Part shown: positions 39,894 through 40,123 of the stretch, in pieces
How the letters are laid out: every line of letters starts with the position of its first letter
How positions within the stretch are numbered: the stretch's first letter is position 1
Assembly: GCF_001194135.2 (NCBI RefSeq)
Contig: NC_068982.1
Location: forward strand, 192,429,416-192,469,538
From: Octopus bimaculoides
Taxonomy: Eukaryota
DNA: 40,123 nucleotides
Reading direction: 5' to 3'
Made by a program: the position numbers and the translations under genes
The notes under the pieces: generated by a model
Databases searched by the model: none
The model's input: the letters and a program-made list of their open reading frames with translations, nothing else
Told to the model about the DNA's origin: nothing

Positions 39894-40123
39894 TCATCAT
39901 CATCATCATCATCGTTTAATGTCCGCTTTCCATGCTAGCATGGGTTGGACGATTTGACTGAGGACTGGTGAAACCGGATGGCTACACCAGGCTCCAATCT
40001 AATTTGGCACAGTTTCTACAGCTGGATGCCCTTCCTAACGCCAACCACTCAGAGTGTAGTGGGTGCTTTTACGTGTCACCCGCACGAAAACGGCCACGCT
40101 CGAAATGGTGTCTTTTATGTGCC
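39894..40123 (-). mobile_element. Young RTE 3' tail copy running off the window
   Basis: About 7 substitutions and one 2-bp indel versus 2662-2885. Confidence 0.9.

Overview
AT-rich, repeat-dense animal genomic DNA with three assembly gaps (2959-3827, 17255-17759, 21441-22235). The SINE/RTE repeat content resembles octopus or another coleoid cephalopod; this is inferred from recalled repeat families, not from a search. The one firm gene is the 26S proteasome AAA-ATPase PSMC3 (Rpt5/TBP-1) on the minus strand. Ten GT-AG coding exons between 35220 and 6240 join in frame into 1035 nt (344 aa + stop), and the 5' exons lie beyond the right edge. Most of the rest is transposon-derived: RTE-clade LINE fragments and many copies of their (GAT)n-tailed 3' end, CR1/L2-like LINE remnants, tRNA-derived SINEs, Tc1, mariner, maT-like, MULE-like and piggyBac remnants, and microsatellites. 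The most unusual items are: (1) a near-perfect 325/331-bp inverted duplication carrying (TTAGGG)3-4 fused in register to a truncated LINE; (2) a twin-priming-like inverted RTE insertion; (3) a mariner foldback; (4) a second element body sharing the RTE 3' tail; (5) a one-residue deletion at a PSMC3 splice junction; (6) a candidate 11-nt microexon of an unidentified plus-strand gene. No CRISPR, rRNA, true tRNA or prokaryotic system is supported. Repeat boundaries were read by eye and are approximate unless a TIR or TSD is quoted.
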